Of a DNA stretch of 64,000 nt, positions 53,077-63,365 are shown piece by piece. This DNA comes from Candidatus Danuiimicrobium aquiferis (GTDB lineage: Bacteria; Omnitrophota; Omnitrophia; Omnitrophales; Danuiimicrobiaceae). Location of the stretch: NCBI GenBank assembly GCA_001804285.1, contig MHFR01000053.1, forward strand, positions 79,857-143,856, written 5' to 3'. The position numbers and the translations under genes were made by a program. Position 1 is the first letter of the stretch. The number at the start of each line of letters is the position of its first letter. The notes under the pieces were generated by a model. It saw nothing but the letters and a program-made list of their open reading frames with translations. It was not told where the DNA came from and made no database searches.

Positions 53077-53808
53077 TCACTTTGTTACCTTCGCAGTCGC
53101 CGCATCCAATTCAAAAAGGCGAAGGGTTTCGCTTACTCCATTTATTATAATATCGACTTCATTCTTACGAATTTGAGTAACAATAATGCCATTCTTTTCT
53201 TCATTCTTACTGTAAATTTCTCCGTTAATAATCGCCTTCGCCCCTTTGTTGGACATGCTGACGCCCTCAAGAACTGCGCTGGATGCGGATTTTACTCTTT
53301 TCTCGCTTTTCACCTCAACCGGAATGGGAGCCGTTGGTAGGTTCGATTCAAAAGGATCGCGAATTTGATCCAATTGATCTGCCGGTTGATTTGGAACTGC
53401 CGTTTTTTCTTTAGATTCGGGTGAAAGCAGAGGTTTCGCGATTGATGTTTGTTCCGATAGCGGCGGTTGTTCCAATGTTTCCGGAAGCTTTGTTTCGTCA
53501 GAAGATTGACTATAGAGAAGGGGCGCAAAAAGGAAGAAAAAAAGAATAGCGTAGAGTGTGTAGCGTATAGCGCAGAGCGTAGAGCCTTTGTGTCTATTTA
53601 GCGTTTTGAAGTGGCGAACACGCCATGTTCGTGTCATGCCCGCATGCTTAAAGCGGGCATCCACAGTTTCTGGATTCCCGCTTTCGCGGGAATGACAAAA
53701 AAACAGATGCTCTTTTACAGATAATCGCTTCAAAGCGCTAAACAAATACGAGCGTTTAGCGTGTAGCGTATATTGAATTTTATTGGTCATGTAAATATTT
53801 TTTGCCAT
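53077..53808 (-). CDS. Pilus accessory protein (PilP/GspB-like) with a MITE in its N-terminus; start uncertain
   Basis: RDPF; LEGV...AIINGEIY; lies between pilO and the secretin gene. Confidence 0.65.
   Translation of the reverse strand: MAKNIYMTNKIQYTLHAKRSYLFSALKRLSVKEHLFFCHSRESGNPETVDARFKHAGMTRTWRVRHFKTLNRHKGSTLCAIRYTLYAILFFFLFAPLLYSQSSDETKLPETLEQPPLSEQTSIAKPLLSPESKEKTAVPNQPADQLDQIRDPFESNLPTAPIPVEVKSEKRVKSASSAVLEGVSMSNKGAKAIINGEIYSKNEEKNGIIVTQIRKNEVDIIINGVSETLRLFELDAATAKVTK
53590..53749. mobile_element. 160-bp MITE-like element
   Basis: 22-bp imperfect TIRs (GTGTCTATTTAGCGTTTTGAAG / CTTCAAAGCGCTAAACAAATAC, 18/22 match) around two hairpins. Confidence 0.75.
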
Positions 53809-53821
53809 TGAGAAGGTTGCG

Positions 53822-54364
53822 TTAGCCCTTTTTCAGGTATGTCTGCACCGCAATTTTTACCTGCGGCAGAACCTCGCTATCAGAATTCTCTCGAGTTCTG
53901 ATAGCACTAAAATTCATAATAAAAGAATTCACAGAAATATCCGGGCGTTCTTTTTCCAAAATCGAAAAGAATTTCAAGATATTGCGAAATTCGCTTTTCG
54001 CATTTATCTCCATTGATAAAACATCATATTGTTCTTCCGATCTGATCGACGGAGTTAAAGAATCCATATCGATTCCGCTCTGATTGACGTATTTCGTCAC
54101 TTCTCCCATAATCGCATGCCGATCCGCCTTGCCGGATAATTGTTTTGCAAGAATTTCCCGCTGTTTTTTTATTTGGTTAATTTCGAAAATAAGATCGGAT
54201 CTTTCTTTCGCTGTTTTTGCGGTATATTTATAGGATTGGATTTGAATAAGCGCCGGCTGAACGAAGCCCAAATAGCCCACGATCACTAACCCTGCCGCCA
54301 AGCCGGCATAAATTGCTTTTACTTTTTGCGATTCTTTAAGATTATTTAAATCTGTCAGCTGCAT
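53822..54364 (-). CDS. pilO: PilO-like protein
   Basis: N-terminal TM, coiled coil, FRNILKFFSILE; gene order. Confidence 0.75.
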   Translation of the reverse strand: MQLTDLNNLKESQKVKAIYAGLAAGLVIVGYLGFVQPALIQIQSYKYTAKTAKERSDLIFEINQIKKQREILAKQLSGKADRHAIMGEVTKYVNQSGIDMDSLTPSIRSEEQYDVLSMEINAKSEFRNILKFFSILEKERPDISVNSFIMNFSAIRTRENSDSEVLPQVKIAVQTYLKKG

Positions 54365-55911
54365 AAAATATAAAATTGTGAGGCATCCCGCCCCATTAAT
54401 TTCTGTCGCTTCACTTCTTCGAGCGAAATCGATTTAAAACTTGCAGAAAATCTTTTCATGGCATTCAGATCTTTAACCCATTGATTAATTTCCTGAACTT
54501 CTTTTTCCGCATCTGCAAGATAACAATAACCGCGAATTTCAAATTTCAATTTTCCTCCTTCATTCTGTCTTTCGCCCCCCATCCGAGAAAACCGCTGTCC
54601 GTCGCGTCCCGTCCCATATGAAACATCTTCAATCCAGACGGATTTGGGCATCGCACTGACAAGTTCAAAAAGAATCTCTTTCATTGACACGCTTTTTCCG
54701 GACACCTGTTTAAGCTGATTGAGCCCGGTTTCAAGTTCGGATTTGAGCGCACTCAACGCAGCCGGCGCTTTTTGAGCGAGCTCCATATCTGCGCGCGCTT
54801 CAGGACTCAATTGGTTGACCGCTTCCTGCTTGGCACGATTTAAATAAGGCTGGAGTCCCACGAAATAGACCGCAAGAAAGAACAGAACAATTCCAAATAG
54901 TTCCGATAGTACCACTTTTTTTATTTTCGCGGGATCAATCTGGCGATCGGCAACGGGAAGCAATTGAAAATCACCCAAGGGGGATTCGTAACCAAGATTG
55001 AGCAAAGCAAGCCCGATCGGGACAATTAAGGCGCCTAATACATTTTTGGGAATATTTTGTTCGGCGGGAAAACCAGCCAACAAAATTTCGGCTTGTTTTC
55101 CAAATACACCGGTTAGAAAATTATTCCAAAAAATGAGGTCGCCGTTCCCGACTAAAAATATTTGATCAATTTTCGCTTGGCCCGATTTATTAAATAAGAA
55201 ATCAAGGGATGCTTTCACTTCCTGAAAAAACCGGGTTTCATTCGCCACTTGGTCATCCGAAAGGAAAAAATCCCGGCAAAGGAAAACGGTCCCTTGGGAC
55301 GCAAGTGTAATATTCACGCTTCCATCCGCATCGATCAGAATAAAACCGTATGTCTTATTCTTCAAATCCTTTTCAACAACCCCGAGAGTCCGCGCAATCG
55401 AACAAAAAACAGGCTCTACCATGTAAACACCGGCTGTTCCTTTCCGCAGGTGCCCAAGATGAGAATAAAGCACCTCTTGCTTGACCGCCGTATAAGTCAC
55501 CCAGAGAGATTTTCCCTCATTCGGAAGATCGTGATATTCAACATGAAAGTCAGAAAACGATTCATCCAGCTTGTATGGCACATAACGGCGAGCTTCGAAC
55601 CGGATCGCTTCATCCCACTCACGGCGTGGAATGACGGGCATTTTAAAAAATCGGGTGGCAAAATGTCCGGAACTGATTGAAGCATTTAAATAGGCGTGAC
55701 GGATTCCCATTTTAAGAAGGGCTCGTTCAACCGCTTGAGATTCGGGAGTCGTCTGCCTCTTTGCGGCTGGCCTTGCGTGCTGTCCTTCGCTCTCATCAAT
55801 AATGATGGGCTCTATTGCAAACTGTTTAAGCTGAAGCGCTCCTTTAAGACGCACAACACAAGCGGCAATAACTTCTTTCCGCCCGATGTAAATTCCAACA
55901 CCTTTTTCCAT
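54355..55911 (-). CDS. pilM: PilM-like protein fused to a PilN-like C-terminal part
   Basis: AAGGAG RBS before ATG 55911; GVGIYIG, FEARRYVPY; then LLP, TM, coiled coil, MPKSVWI. Confidence 0.78.
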   Translation of the reverse strand: MEKGVGIYIGRKEVIAACVVRLKGALQLKQFAIEPIIIDESEGQHARPAAKRQTTPESQAVERALLKMGIRHAYLNASISSGHFATRFFKMPVIPRREWDEAIRFEARRYVPYKLDESFSDFHVEYHDLPNEGKSLWVTYTAVKQEVLYSHLGHLRKGTAGVYMVEPVFCSIARTLGVVEKDLKNKTYGFILIDADGSVNITLASQGTVFLCRDFFLSDDQVANETRFFQEVKASLDFLFNKSGQAKIDQIFLVGNGDLIFWNNFLTGVFGKQAEILLAGFPAEQNIPKNVLGALIVPIGLALLNLGYESPLGDFQLLPVADRQIDPAKIKKVVLSELFGIVLFFLAVYFVGLQPYLNRAKQEAVNQLSPEARADMELAQKAPAALSALKSELETGLNQLKQVSGKSVSMKEILFELVSAMPKSVWIEDVSYGTGRDGQRFSRMGGERQNEGGKLKFEIRGYCYLADAEKEVQEINQWVKDLNAMKRFSASFKSISLEEVKRQKLMGRDASQFYILCS

Positions 55912-56027
55912 TATTCGACTCCTTAATCCCGGGCTAAGAACATAAGAGCACAAGCGCACAGGAACACAAGTTTGAAATTTCATCTCTTGTGCACATGTGC
56001 ACTTGTGCTCTTGTGCACTTTATGAAT

Positions 56028-57515
56028 TTATAAACCCAGATAAATGGCGTCTCCGGAATTCACCCGTTCTAAAACATCTTCACTGATGATCGAAGCGGCT
56101 GATAGTGTTTGATAAACCCGCTCAATTTTTCCGGTTCCGAGCAACTTTCCATTCTGATAAATTTCCACTGTCCGGCCGATTTGAGCACCGTTACTCGGCC
56201 CGATATTGACGATCACAAACCGATGCCAACGGTTCACAAGCATCACTTTTCCGTCCGAAACGCCTGTTTTAACAGAAGCTTTTATGGCCGAAACTTCTCG
56301 CCTTGTGCTGCCACTCGCTGTCGCTATGGGTTCGACCCGTTTCTGATCGACCGGCACCTGACTGGCCAAAGGCTGAGTTTTTGAATATCCGCGCGTTTGA
56401 GAGATTCCACCCTCAAGCAACTTCCGGATCGACTCAAGATTGGATTCAAATGTCTTAATCAAATCATCCCTCATGGCAATCACATTTCTCATCGATGCCA
56501 CTTGATCCTCATACACTTTGGCGACGCGTGCGAGCTCTTGCCGATGACCGTCCTGAATCGTATCGATCATGTCTCCCCTTGCTTTAGCCACCTCAAGATC
56601 GGTGAGCAGACGGTTCATTTCAATTTTGTTTTGATCAAGTTCCTTTTTGAAATTCCCGATTTCCATTTCAAGATCGCTTTTCGCTTGCCTGAATTCACTC
56701 AGTTGCGCTCTATCCTGCTTCCTTAAAGTCATCTCCCGATAAAACAACTGTCCTAGCGCCAGAGCAATCACGGCTACAAAGACTAAAAAAACGATTGTTA
56801 AATTTGGAATTTTTGCTTTTCCTAAAGTTTCTATTGGTTTCATAAAAACACTCGATAATTTCGCTGCCGGTTGCCCAACATCCGGTTGTGGAACCGATTC
56901 TGTTGGTTGAATGATTTCTTTATAGATTGATTCGTTTTGTGATTTTTTAAAAATGTTTGGAATGCCAAATTGAATCTTAGGCAAACCAAAATTGATCTTT
57001 GGCATATTAAACTTTATCTTCGGTAAAATCGGCATCTTGAATTTTATTTTGGGAACATGAAAACGAACCGCCGGAAGATGCAGCTTGAAAGTCGGAATAG
57101 CAAACGCAAATCTCGGGAAATTAAACTTAAGCACAGGAACATTAAACGTAAATTTCGGAAAGCTAAACTTAATTTTCGGCAGCACAAAACGGATCTTTGG
57201 GAAACTAAACCGGATTCTAATCCTTGTCCACCCTTTAAGGCCTTCCCAAACCCGCTCAACCGACTCACTGATATTCCGAACCAATCTACTTCCGTCAAAA
57301 TCCAAATCAAACCTGCGAATCGCATAAATCTGTTTCTCAACCCACTTCATTTCTTTCGAGCTTTTTAAACGCGCAGGCAAAATCAATATTTTTTCGGCAA
57401 AATACGGCGCCCTTTTAACCGGTTTGGCTTCCTCTTTTTCCACGATCTTAATCGGGGAAATGTCCGGATCTTTAATCTCAAGTTCTGGCCATGCTGTTTC
57501 AGCTAACTGTACCAT
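56028..57515 (-). CDS. Membrane-anchored coiled-coil hypothetical protein with heptad PK(I/F)xF repeats
   Basis: Repeat region, one TM, coiled coil, C-terminal beta domain FVIVNIG...G. Confidence 0.8.
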   Translation of the reverse strand: MVQLAETAWPELEIKDPDISPIKIVEKEEAKPVKRAPYFAEKILILPARLKSSKEMKWVEKQIYAIRRFDLDFDGSRLVRNISESVERVWEGLKGWTRIRIRFSFPKIRFVLPKIKFSFPKFTFNVPVLKFNFPRFAFAIPTFKLHLPAVRFHVPKIKFKMPILPKIKFNMPKINFGLPKIQFGIPNIFKKSQNESIYKEIIQPTESVPQPDVGQPAAKLSSVFMKPIETLGKAKIPNLTIVFLVFVAVIALALGQLFYREMTLRKQDRAQLSEFRQAKSDLEMEIGNFKKELDQNKIEMNRLLTDLEVAKARGDMIDTIQDGHRQELARVAKVYEDQVASMRNVIAMRDDLIKTFESNLESIRKLLEGGISQTRGYSKTQPLASQVPVDQKRVEPIATASGSTRREVSAIKASVKTGVSDGKVMLVNRWHRFVIVNIGPSNGAQIGRTVEIYQNGKLLGTGKIERVYQTLSAASIISEDVLERVNSGDAIYLGL

Positions 57516-57518
57516 GGG

Positions 57519-58286
57519 TTACTCCGTTTCGCTTGCAATCGTCGTAATTTGGTTTTTACCTGATTTTCTGGCTTTCTCCAAGGCGCGATCAAGAGAACTC
57601 AGTACATCTTCTTTTCGGCGATGGATTGCAGAATCAAAACCAACCAGGCCTATACTAACGGTAATCTTAATTTCCCTTCCTTCGATCCGGAAGATTTTCT
57701 TTTCAATCGAATAACGAATCCGTTCCGCCACCACGCGCGCGGAATTCACAGCTGTCTCAGGTAAAATAGCAACCAGCTGATCATCGCCTTTACGGATAAT
57801 AATATCGACTCCCCGCATGCTTTCCTTTAAGAATTGATTCATTTCCTGCGCCAAAACTTCTGATGTAATCTCACCGTATTCTTTCTTGACATCCGAAAAA
57901 CCATCGATTCCCGCGAGCAGAAATGAAAGCGGCCTTCGATAACGCCGGGAACGATCGCATTCCTCCGTAAGCCGTGAACAAAGAAGTCTCTCATTATAAA
58001 CATGTGTTTGCGAATCAATGGCAAGGCATGAATCAAGGGCTTCTTTCGCTTTCTTGAGCTCGTAAGACTGCATAAACACTTCCCGATTCAATCGATCCCG
58101 TTCGCCAATGAGATTGCTCGCGTAAAACCCTCCCCATCCACAAATAGAGATCCCGATCACAAAAATCAATTGATGAAAAGGAGTGTGAATAAAAAATGGC
58201 AGTATCACCACCGGTGAAAATATCACGGCTGAAAACAATATTCCCCTGCTAATTTTTTTAATATCCATAGAAGATGACCCTATCAA
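57519..58286 (-). CDS. Membrane GGDEF-domain protein, degenerate active site
   Basis: Two TM helices; RGVD I-site then RKGDDQL in place of RxGGDEF. Confidence 0.88.
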   Translation of the reverse strand: MIGSSSMDIKKISRGILFSAVIFSPVVILPFFIHTPFHQLIFVIGISICGWGGFYASNLIGERDRLNREVFMQSYELKKAKEALDSCLAIDSQTHVYNERLLCSRLTEECDRSRRYRRPLSFLLAGIDGFSDVKKEYGEITSEVLAQEMNQFLKESMRGVDIIIRKGDDQLVAILPETAVNSARVVAERIRYSIEKKIFRIEGREIKITVSIGLVGFDSAIHRRKEDVLSSLDRALEKARKSGKNQITTIASETE

Positions 58287-59416
58287 GGTATCGGCGGAAG
58301 ATTAAATTTTATTGAGCAGATTAATTTCGGCCCAGAAGTTCCGCGAATTGGCTCACGATCCAGCCTTAATTGCCCGCACGCGGCGTTAATATCGCGGCCG
58401 GCAGTTTGGCGGACAGTGACGCGAACACCTTTTTTCTCGAGTAAAGCGCAGAAGGTTTTAACTTGCGCAGGCGTCGGGCTTTGATAATCTGCTTCACGCA
58501 CAGGATTATAAGGGATGATATTGACCTTGGCGTGAATCCGGTTGGCCAGCCGGGCAAGTCCGGAAGCAGCCTCCGGGGAATTATTCATCCCTTGAATTAA
58601 CGTATACTCAAAGGTAATTTCCCTTTTTAATTTTCTATACAACTGCTCCAAAGCACTCATTAAATCATCAAGATTATATCTTTTATTGATGGGAACTAAT
58701 TCGTTGCGCACGGTTTGCTGACTCGAGTGAAGAGATATCGAAAGCCGGACCCGACCGTCAACGTCTTTTACAAATTGTTCGATTTTTGGAATAATGCCGC
58801 AGGTTGAAACGGTAATCCGCCTACCGCCCAGGCCAAAGCCCCAGTCTGCCATTAAAATTTTAATGGCGCGAAGCGTTGCATCATAGTTATCAAGCGGCTC
58901 TCCCATCCCCATAAATACCACGTTGGTAATGGCCTGTAGGGAACGGTCGCGACCGTTCCCTACTTCCAATGGCGACAATGTCCGCGCCACCCGGGATACC
59001 TGCTCGATGATCTCGCCCGCCGTCAAATTTCTCACAAATTTTCCCATTCCGCTGGCGCAGAAACTACATTTCATCTTACAACCGAGTTGCGTAGAAACAC
59101 AAACCGTATTCCTCCCGCCCTGAACAATTAAAACGCTCTCGAGAAAATGTCCGTCCTGCGTCTCAAAAAGATATTTTTGCGAACTTTGATCGTTCGATTT
59201 GGGAGTTTCGCGAAGTTTGAGAACACTCACAAGGGAAGATTCTGACAACTTTCCGAGTAACTTTTTCGGAAGATTTTTCATCTCTCCAAACTCTGTTATA
59301 TGCTTTTGATGGAGCCAATTCAAAATTTGGCGGGCCCTGTAGGTAGGAAAACTCCACGATTTAAGAAGTGTTTCGAGCTCAGTTAGATTGATTGACCGGA
59401 GTTGGGATTGCATCAC
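58283..59416 (-). CDS. rlmN: 23S rRNA m2A2503 methyltransferase
   Basis: CVSTQLGCKMKCSFCAS, FMGMGEP, AACGQL. Confidence 0.96.
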   Translation of the reverse strand: MMQSQLRSINLTELETLLKSWSFPTYRARQILNWLHQKHITEFGEMKNLPKKLLGKLSESSLVSVLKLRETPKSNDQSSQKYLFETQDGHFLESVLIVQGGRNTVCVSTQLGCKMKCSFCASGMGKFVRNLTAGEIIEQVSRVARTLSPLEVGNGRDRSLQAITNVVFMGMGEPLDNYDATLRAIKILMADWGFGLGGRRITVSTCGIIPKIEQFVKDVDGRVRLSISLHSSQQTVRNELVPINKRYNLDDLMSALEQLYRKLKREITFEYTLIQGMNNSPEAASGLARLANRIHAKVNIIPYNPVREADYQSPTPAQVKTFCALLEKKGVRVTVRQTAGRDINAACGQLRLDREPIRGTSGPKLICSIKFNLPPIP

Positions 59417-59511
59417 TGTCTTGAGTAAGATAAGTTAAGTAGGCAGTATGCAGAAAGCGGTAGGCTTTCTTTGCTTCACTGCTTACTGCCATCTGCCGAC
59501 GGCTTACCTGG

Positions 59512-60477
59512 TTAATACCATTTCTTGATTTTCATCCAAATCATCAGAATCGCGGATATCGCTATCATAAGTCCGATGGAAAAATGAAAACCATATTTCC
59601 ATTCGAGATGGGGAATATATTTAAAATTCATCCCGTAAACACTTGCGATGGCAACACTTGGAATAGAAACCGTGGCGATGACCGTCATGGTTTTGATCGC
59701 TTTATTGAGTTGATAAGAAACATGCGAAAAGTAGACCTGAAGAATTCCATTTAAAAGCCCGTTCAATTCTTCAGCCATTTGATAATATTTGAACAAGTGA
59801 TCATAAATATCGCGATAATAAGCCAGATTTTGCGGCCTCACAAATGTCCACGCACTTCGTGAAAGTTGTGCCATTTTATCCCGTTGCGGACCAATAATGC
59901 GCTTCAGATAAAGGACTCCTTTTTGAATATCCAATATTTGCTGAAGCACTTGTTCTCCCGCCCCTTTAAAAATGGTATCTTCGATCTCGTCAAGCCTTCG
60001 ATCTTGTTCTGTAATAACCGGGAGATATTTATCCACCAGCCGGTCGAGAATCGCATGGACAAGCATATCAAGCCCTTCCGACATCGGACCTCCGGCTTTT
60101 TTCTCAACCAAATTTCTGACTTCTGCGACACTTGCAATCGGATTCTTATGAAATGTCACCACGTAATTCTTATTAATAAAAACGTTCAATTCCTTCGTCT
60201 TGAGTTCTGCCGATGAACCCACATCAATCGCGTGAACCACCATAAATAAATATTCATCATATTCATCAATTTTGGGTTCACTGTGGTCGTTAATGCAATC
60301 TTCGATCGAAAGCGGATGGAAATTAAAAAGTTCGATGAGTATTTCAGTCTCAAACTCAGTAGGGTCTTCAAGATCAACCCAGATAAAAGAATCTTTTTCC
60401 CACAATGTTTTGGCGAGGTCTTGCCGTGAAATATTTTGAAGTAATTTATCCTGGCGGTAAACAAAATTTGTAATCAT
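59512..60477 (-). CDS. corA: Magnesium transporter CorA
   Basis: WVDL, FHPL, YGMNF, two C-terminal TM helices. Confidence 0.95.
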   Translation of the reverse strand: MITNFVYRQDKLLQNISRQDLAKTLWEKDSFIWVDLEDPTEFETEILIELFNFHPLSIEDCINDHSEPKIDEYDEYLFMVVHAIDVGSSAELKTKELNVFINKNYVVTFHKNPIASVAEVRNLVEKKAGGPMSEGLDMLVHAILDRLVDKYLPVITEQDRRLDEIEDTIFKGAGEQVLQQILDIQKGVLYLKRIIGPQRDKMAQLSRSAWTFVRPQNLAYYRDIYDHLFKYYQMAEELNGLLNGILQVYFSHVSYQLNKAIKTMTVIATVSIPSVAIASVYGMNFKYIPHLEWKYGFHFSIGLMIAISAILMIWMKIKKWY

Positions 60478-60669
60478 AAAATTTTTTTCTTTCCCTCTTA
60501 AAAAATATTTTTTACCCCTGTTACCATTGCGACCTCAAAACGCTTCTTGAAATTGTTGGCCACTCGATATGCTTTCGAGCTGTGCTTTATAGGAAACGGA
60601 AAAATTTGAAAATAACGGGTTTTTTCATCATTTACCTTATGATACTTTAATTAACTCAAAAATGATTTT

Positions 60670-62535
60670 TTAAATTCTTCCGGAGTCGCGATTAATTTTC
60701 AAAACGGTTGGATTAACAGGAGATATTAACAAATCTTCAAGCGACGCCGGAATGACCATGGTCCAATTTCGGTCACTCATCGTTCCCGGAAAATTAATCC
60801 GGAATTCCCAGAGATCAGAAATGCCTAAATCCGCAAGCGAAAGCCAATCTTGCAAAAGCTGAATGCTGAATATGGAACTTGCTTCATGTGCTCGCTCAAA
60901 TGCCCTTCTCACAAGTTCCGGATAATCTTTCTTCTTCGGCATAGTCGGAATTCCAAGAAATTTTAAGAATTTTTCTTTTTCATCAACCGTTCCTTTATAA
61001 ATATCGGCCAAGTTCCAAACTTGATCGTAACTTTTCCCCAAGACCTCAAGCAAACGATCAACACTATTAATTTCTTTGCGCCAACGAAGTCTGCCATGTT
61101 TTGATTTTTTTATATCAAAAAGCGCTTCTTTGATTTGATCAAAGGGAATCCCTTTTTCACTGCATTTCCGTCTGAATAAAATTTCATCCGCCGTTCCGGC
61201 TTCGAATTCCCACCACCCGAGAAACGAACTCATATCATGTGTCGAAATCGTCGCGATAGAGTGTTTGCGATATAATTCCGGCGCCTTAAAATCGTAAGTC
61301 TTATTCCAGTCTCGACTCCAGCGTTGGACATCCATTCCCGGAATTCCGTATTCTTCAAGCGTTTGAAATGAACACATCGGAATCGTCCCCAAATCCTCGC
61401 CGCAGGGAAGCATTTTAGAATTTCCAATCATCACGGATATAATGTTCCGGCCGTGATCATTCCATACGCATTCTTCCGGTGGGTCAAAAAAGCCTCTCAT
61501 CCCTTCATGCTCCGGAGGCTCTGAAATTGAAATGGCCCATACCCGAAATAAACCCACAAAATGATCGATCCGATACAGATCAAAAAAACGATCCGCATAT
61601 TGTAATTTTTTAACGAGATACGCATATCCGTCTCTCTCAATTTCTTCCCATCGATAGGGCGGCATCCCCCAACGCTGGCCGTTCGCATAATAAGGATCCG
61701 GCGGCGCACCGGAAGCAAGGTCCAACTTAAAATAATTCTGATGTGCCCAAACATCCGCACTATTTCGCGATACCAGAAATGGAAAATCCCCCATTAAAAA
61801 CACTTTTTGTTTTTCCGCATACTGTTTGACGCTTGAAAATTGTTCATAAATTTGCCATTGCAGCCATTCTTGAAAATTAATTTGCTGATAATGTCCTTCC
61901 ATATATTTATCAATCGCATGTTCGTCCCGGTATTTAAACTCATCCGGCCACGAATCCCAACCGCTGTAATCGAATTCTTCCTGGATCGATTTGAAAAGAG
62001 CATAGTCCTTCAGCCAATTCCGATTGGCTTGAACATAGGCTTCAAACCGGGAACTTTTCTTGCTTCCGCAATGAGTAAATATAATTCGTAATAATTCGAG
62101 TTTTGCTTTTTTAATCCGGTAATTGACTTTTTTTCTATCGGCGGGAAAATTCTTGCGGAGAGCGTTGATTTGATCCTGATAACTTCTGATGTCGACTTCA
62201 ACCAATTGCTCAAGCGATAAATACATGGGATCGAAAGCAATTGTACTTTGGGCATCATACGGCCGGAAATCGAACCCGACATCATTCAGCGGCAACATTT
62301 GAATAATGCTCAGTCCGACAGATTTCGACCAATCGATGATCAATTTCAGATCCGGGAATTCACCGATACCGATGCTTTCCTTCGAATAAACGGAAAAAAG
62401 CGGCAATGCAACACCGGCGCGTTTTTTGACGCCAATTCGTTTCCATTGTTTACCGGTGAGGCAGGAAAGAAAATGTTGATAAGCTTCATCCATAGCAAGA
62501 CGCTTCGCCTGTGCTTCCATCTTTAGGTTTTGCAT
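60670..62535 (-). CDS. malQ: 4-alpha-glucanotransferase (GH77)
   Basis: GAPPD, QRWGMPPY, RIDHFVG, GEDLG, THD, RINFPG. Confidence 0.95.
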   Translation of the reverse strand: MQNLKMEAQAKRLAMDEAYQHFLSCLTGKQWKRIGVKKRAGVALPLFSVYSKESIGIGEFPDLKLIIDWSKSVGLSIIQMLPLNDVGFDFRPYDAQSTIAFDPMYLSLEQLVEVDIRSYQDQINALRKNFPADRKKVNYRIKKAKLELLRIIFTHCGSKKSSRFEAYVQANRNWLKDYALFKSIQEEFDYSGWDSWPDEFKYRDEHAIDKYMEGHYQQINFQEWLQWQIYEQFSSVKQYAEKQKVFLMGDFPFLVSRNSADVWAHQNYFKLDLASGAPPDPYYANGQRWGMPPYRWEEIERDGYAYLVKKLQYADRFFDLYRIDHFVGLFRVWAISISEPPEHEGMRGFFDPPEECVWNDHGRNIISVMIGNSKMLPCGEDLGTIPMCSFQTLEEYGIPGMDVQRWSRDWNKTYDFKAPELYRKHSIATISTHDMSSFLGWWEFEAGTADEILFRRKCSEKGIPFDQIKEALFDIKKSKHGRLRWRKEINSVDRLLEVLGKSYDQVWNLADIYKGTVDEKEKFLKFLGIPTMPKKKDYPELVRRAFERAHEASSIFSIQLLQDWLSLADLGISDLWEFRINFPGTMSDRNWTMVIPASLEDLLISPVNPTVLKINRDSGRI

Positions 62536-62565
62536 GATCTACGATTGGTTAGAATTGTTCCCGAA

Positions 62566-62976
62566 TTACTCAACACCAAATTCAAATTCTCGCAAACACT
62601 CAAGTGTTTTTTCGGGATTCTCAGTTTTGATAACAATACAACCGGTACTTTGACTGCTGCCGGCAGTACAATACGCATATGAAATATTAATATCCGCCCG
62701 CGCAAGTTTTTCTGCAATGCGGGAAAGCGTTCCCGGTTTATTGTCAACTTGAAGGACAACGACATCTTGTTCCATCAAATAAAAATCTTCTTGTTCAATG
62801 AGAAGAAGAGCTTTGGTTGGATTATCTACTAAAAGCCGGACAACAGCATTATCAACGGTATCGTGAACCGAAAGTGCCTGGATATTAATACTGGCTTCAC
62901 AAAGAACATTACAGATACGCGCTAATAAACCCGGCCGGTTTTCCAAAAAAACAGAAATTTGCTTTTGAATTGGCAT
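62566..62976 (-). CDS. Tandem ACT-domain protein
   Basis: QISVFLENRPG, DNKPG, INISYAY. Confidence 0.9.
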   Translation of the reverse strand: MPIQKQISVFLENRPGLLARICNVLCEASINIQALSVHDTVDNAVVRLLVDNPTKALLLIEQEDFYLMEQDVVVLQVDNKPGTLSRIAEKLARADINISYAYCTAGSSQSTGCIVIKTENPEKTLECLREFEFGVE

Positions 62977-63365
62977 ATTAAAACCCTCGCTTACGGCGAC
63001 AAAAATTCACGCTTGTTAAGAATTTATCCTTGTAAAGCGATTATGATACCACTTCACTTATAAAATTGCATTCATTTTTCGCAAACGCACTGGATTTTAT
63101 GCTTTATCCGAATAGCGCCTCACCTTTTGCCCAATTTTCTCCATTCACTTCATCAAAAACAATATAGGTCTGATTCTTTGCTTTTCTGGCGTGTGATAGG
63201 AGCGAATTTGAAATATCAGCCGCAATATTTTTCTTTTGCTTTTTTGAAAGTTTTCCGACCACTTTCACATTTACATACGGCATTGATCATTCTCCTTATT
63301 TTTAAAAATTTTTTATGTTGATCATGGTTCTTAATTTACGGTTTTCCCCAGCCGATAATGAATCC

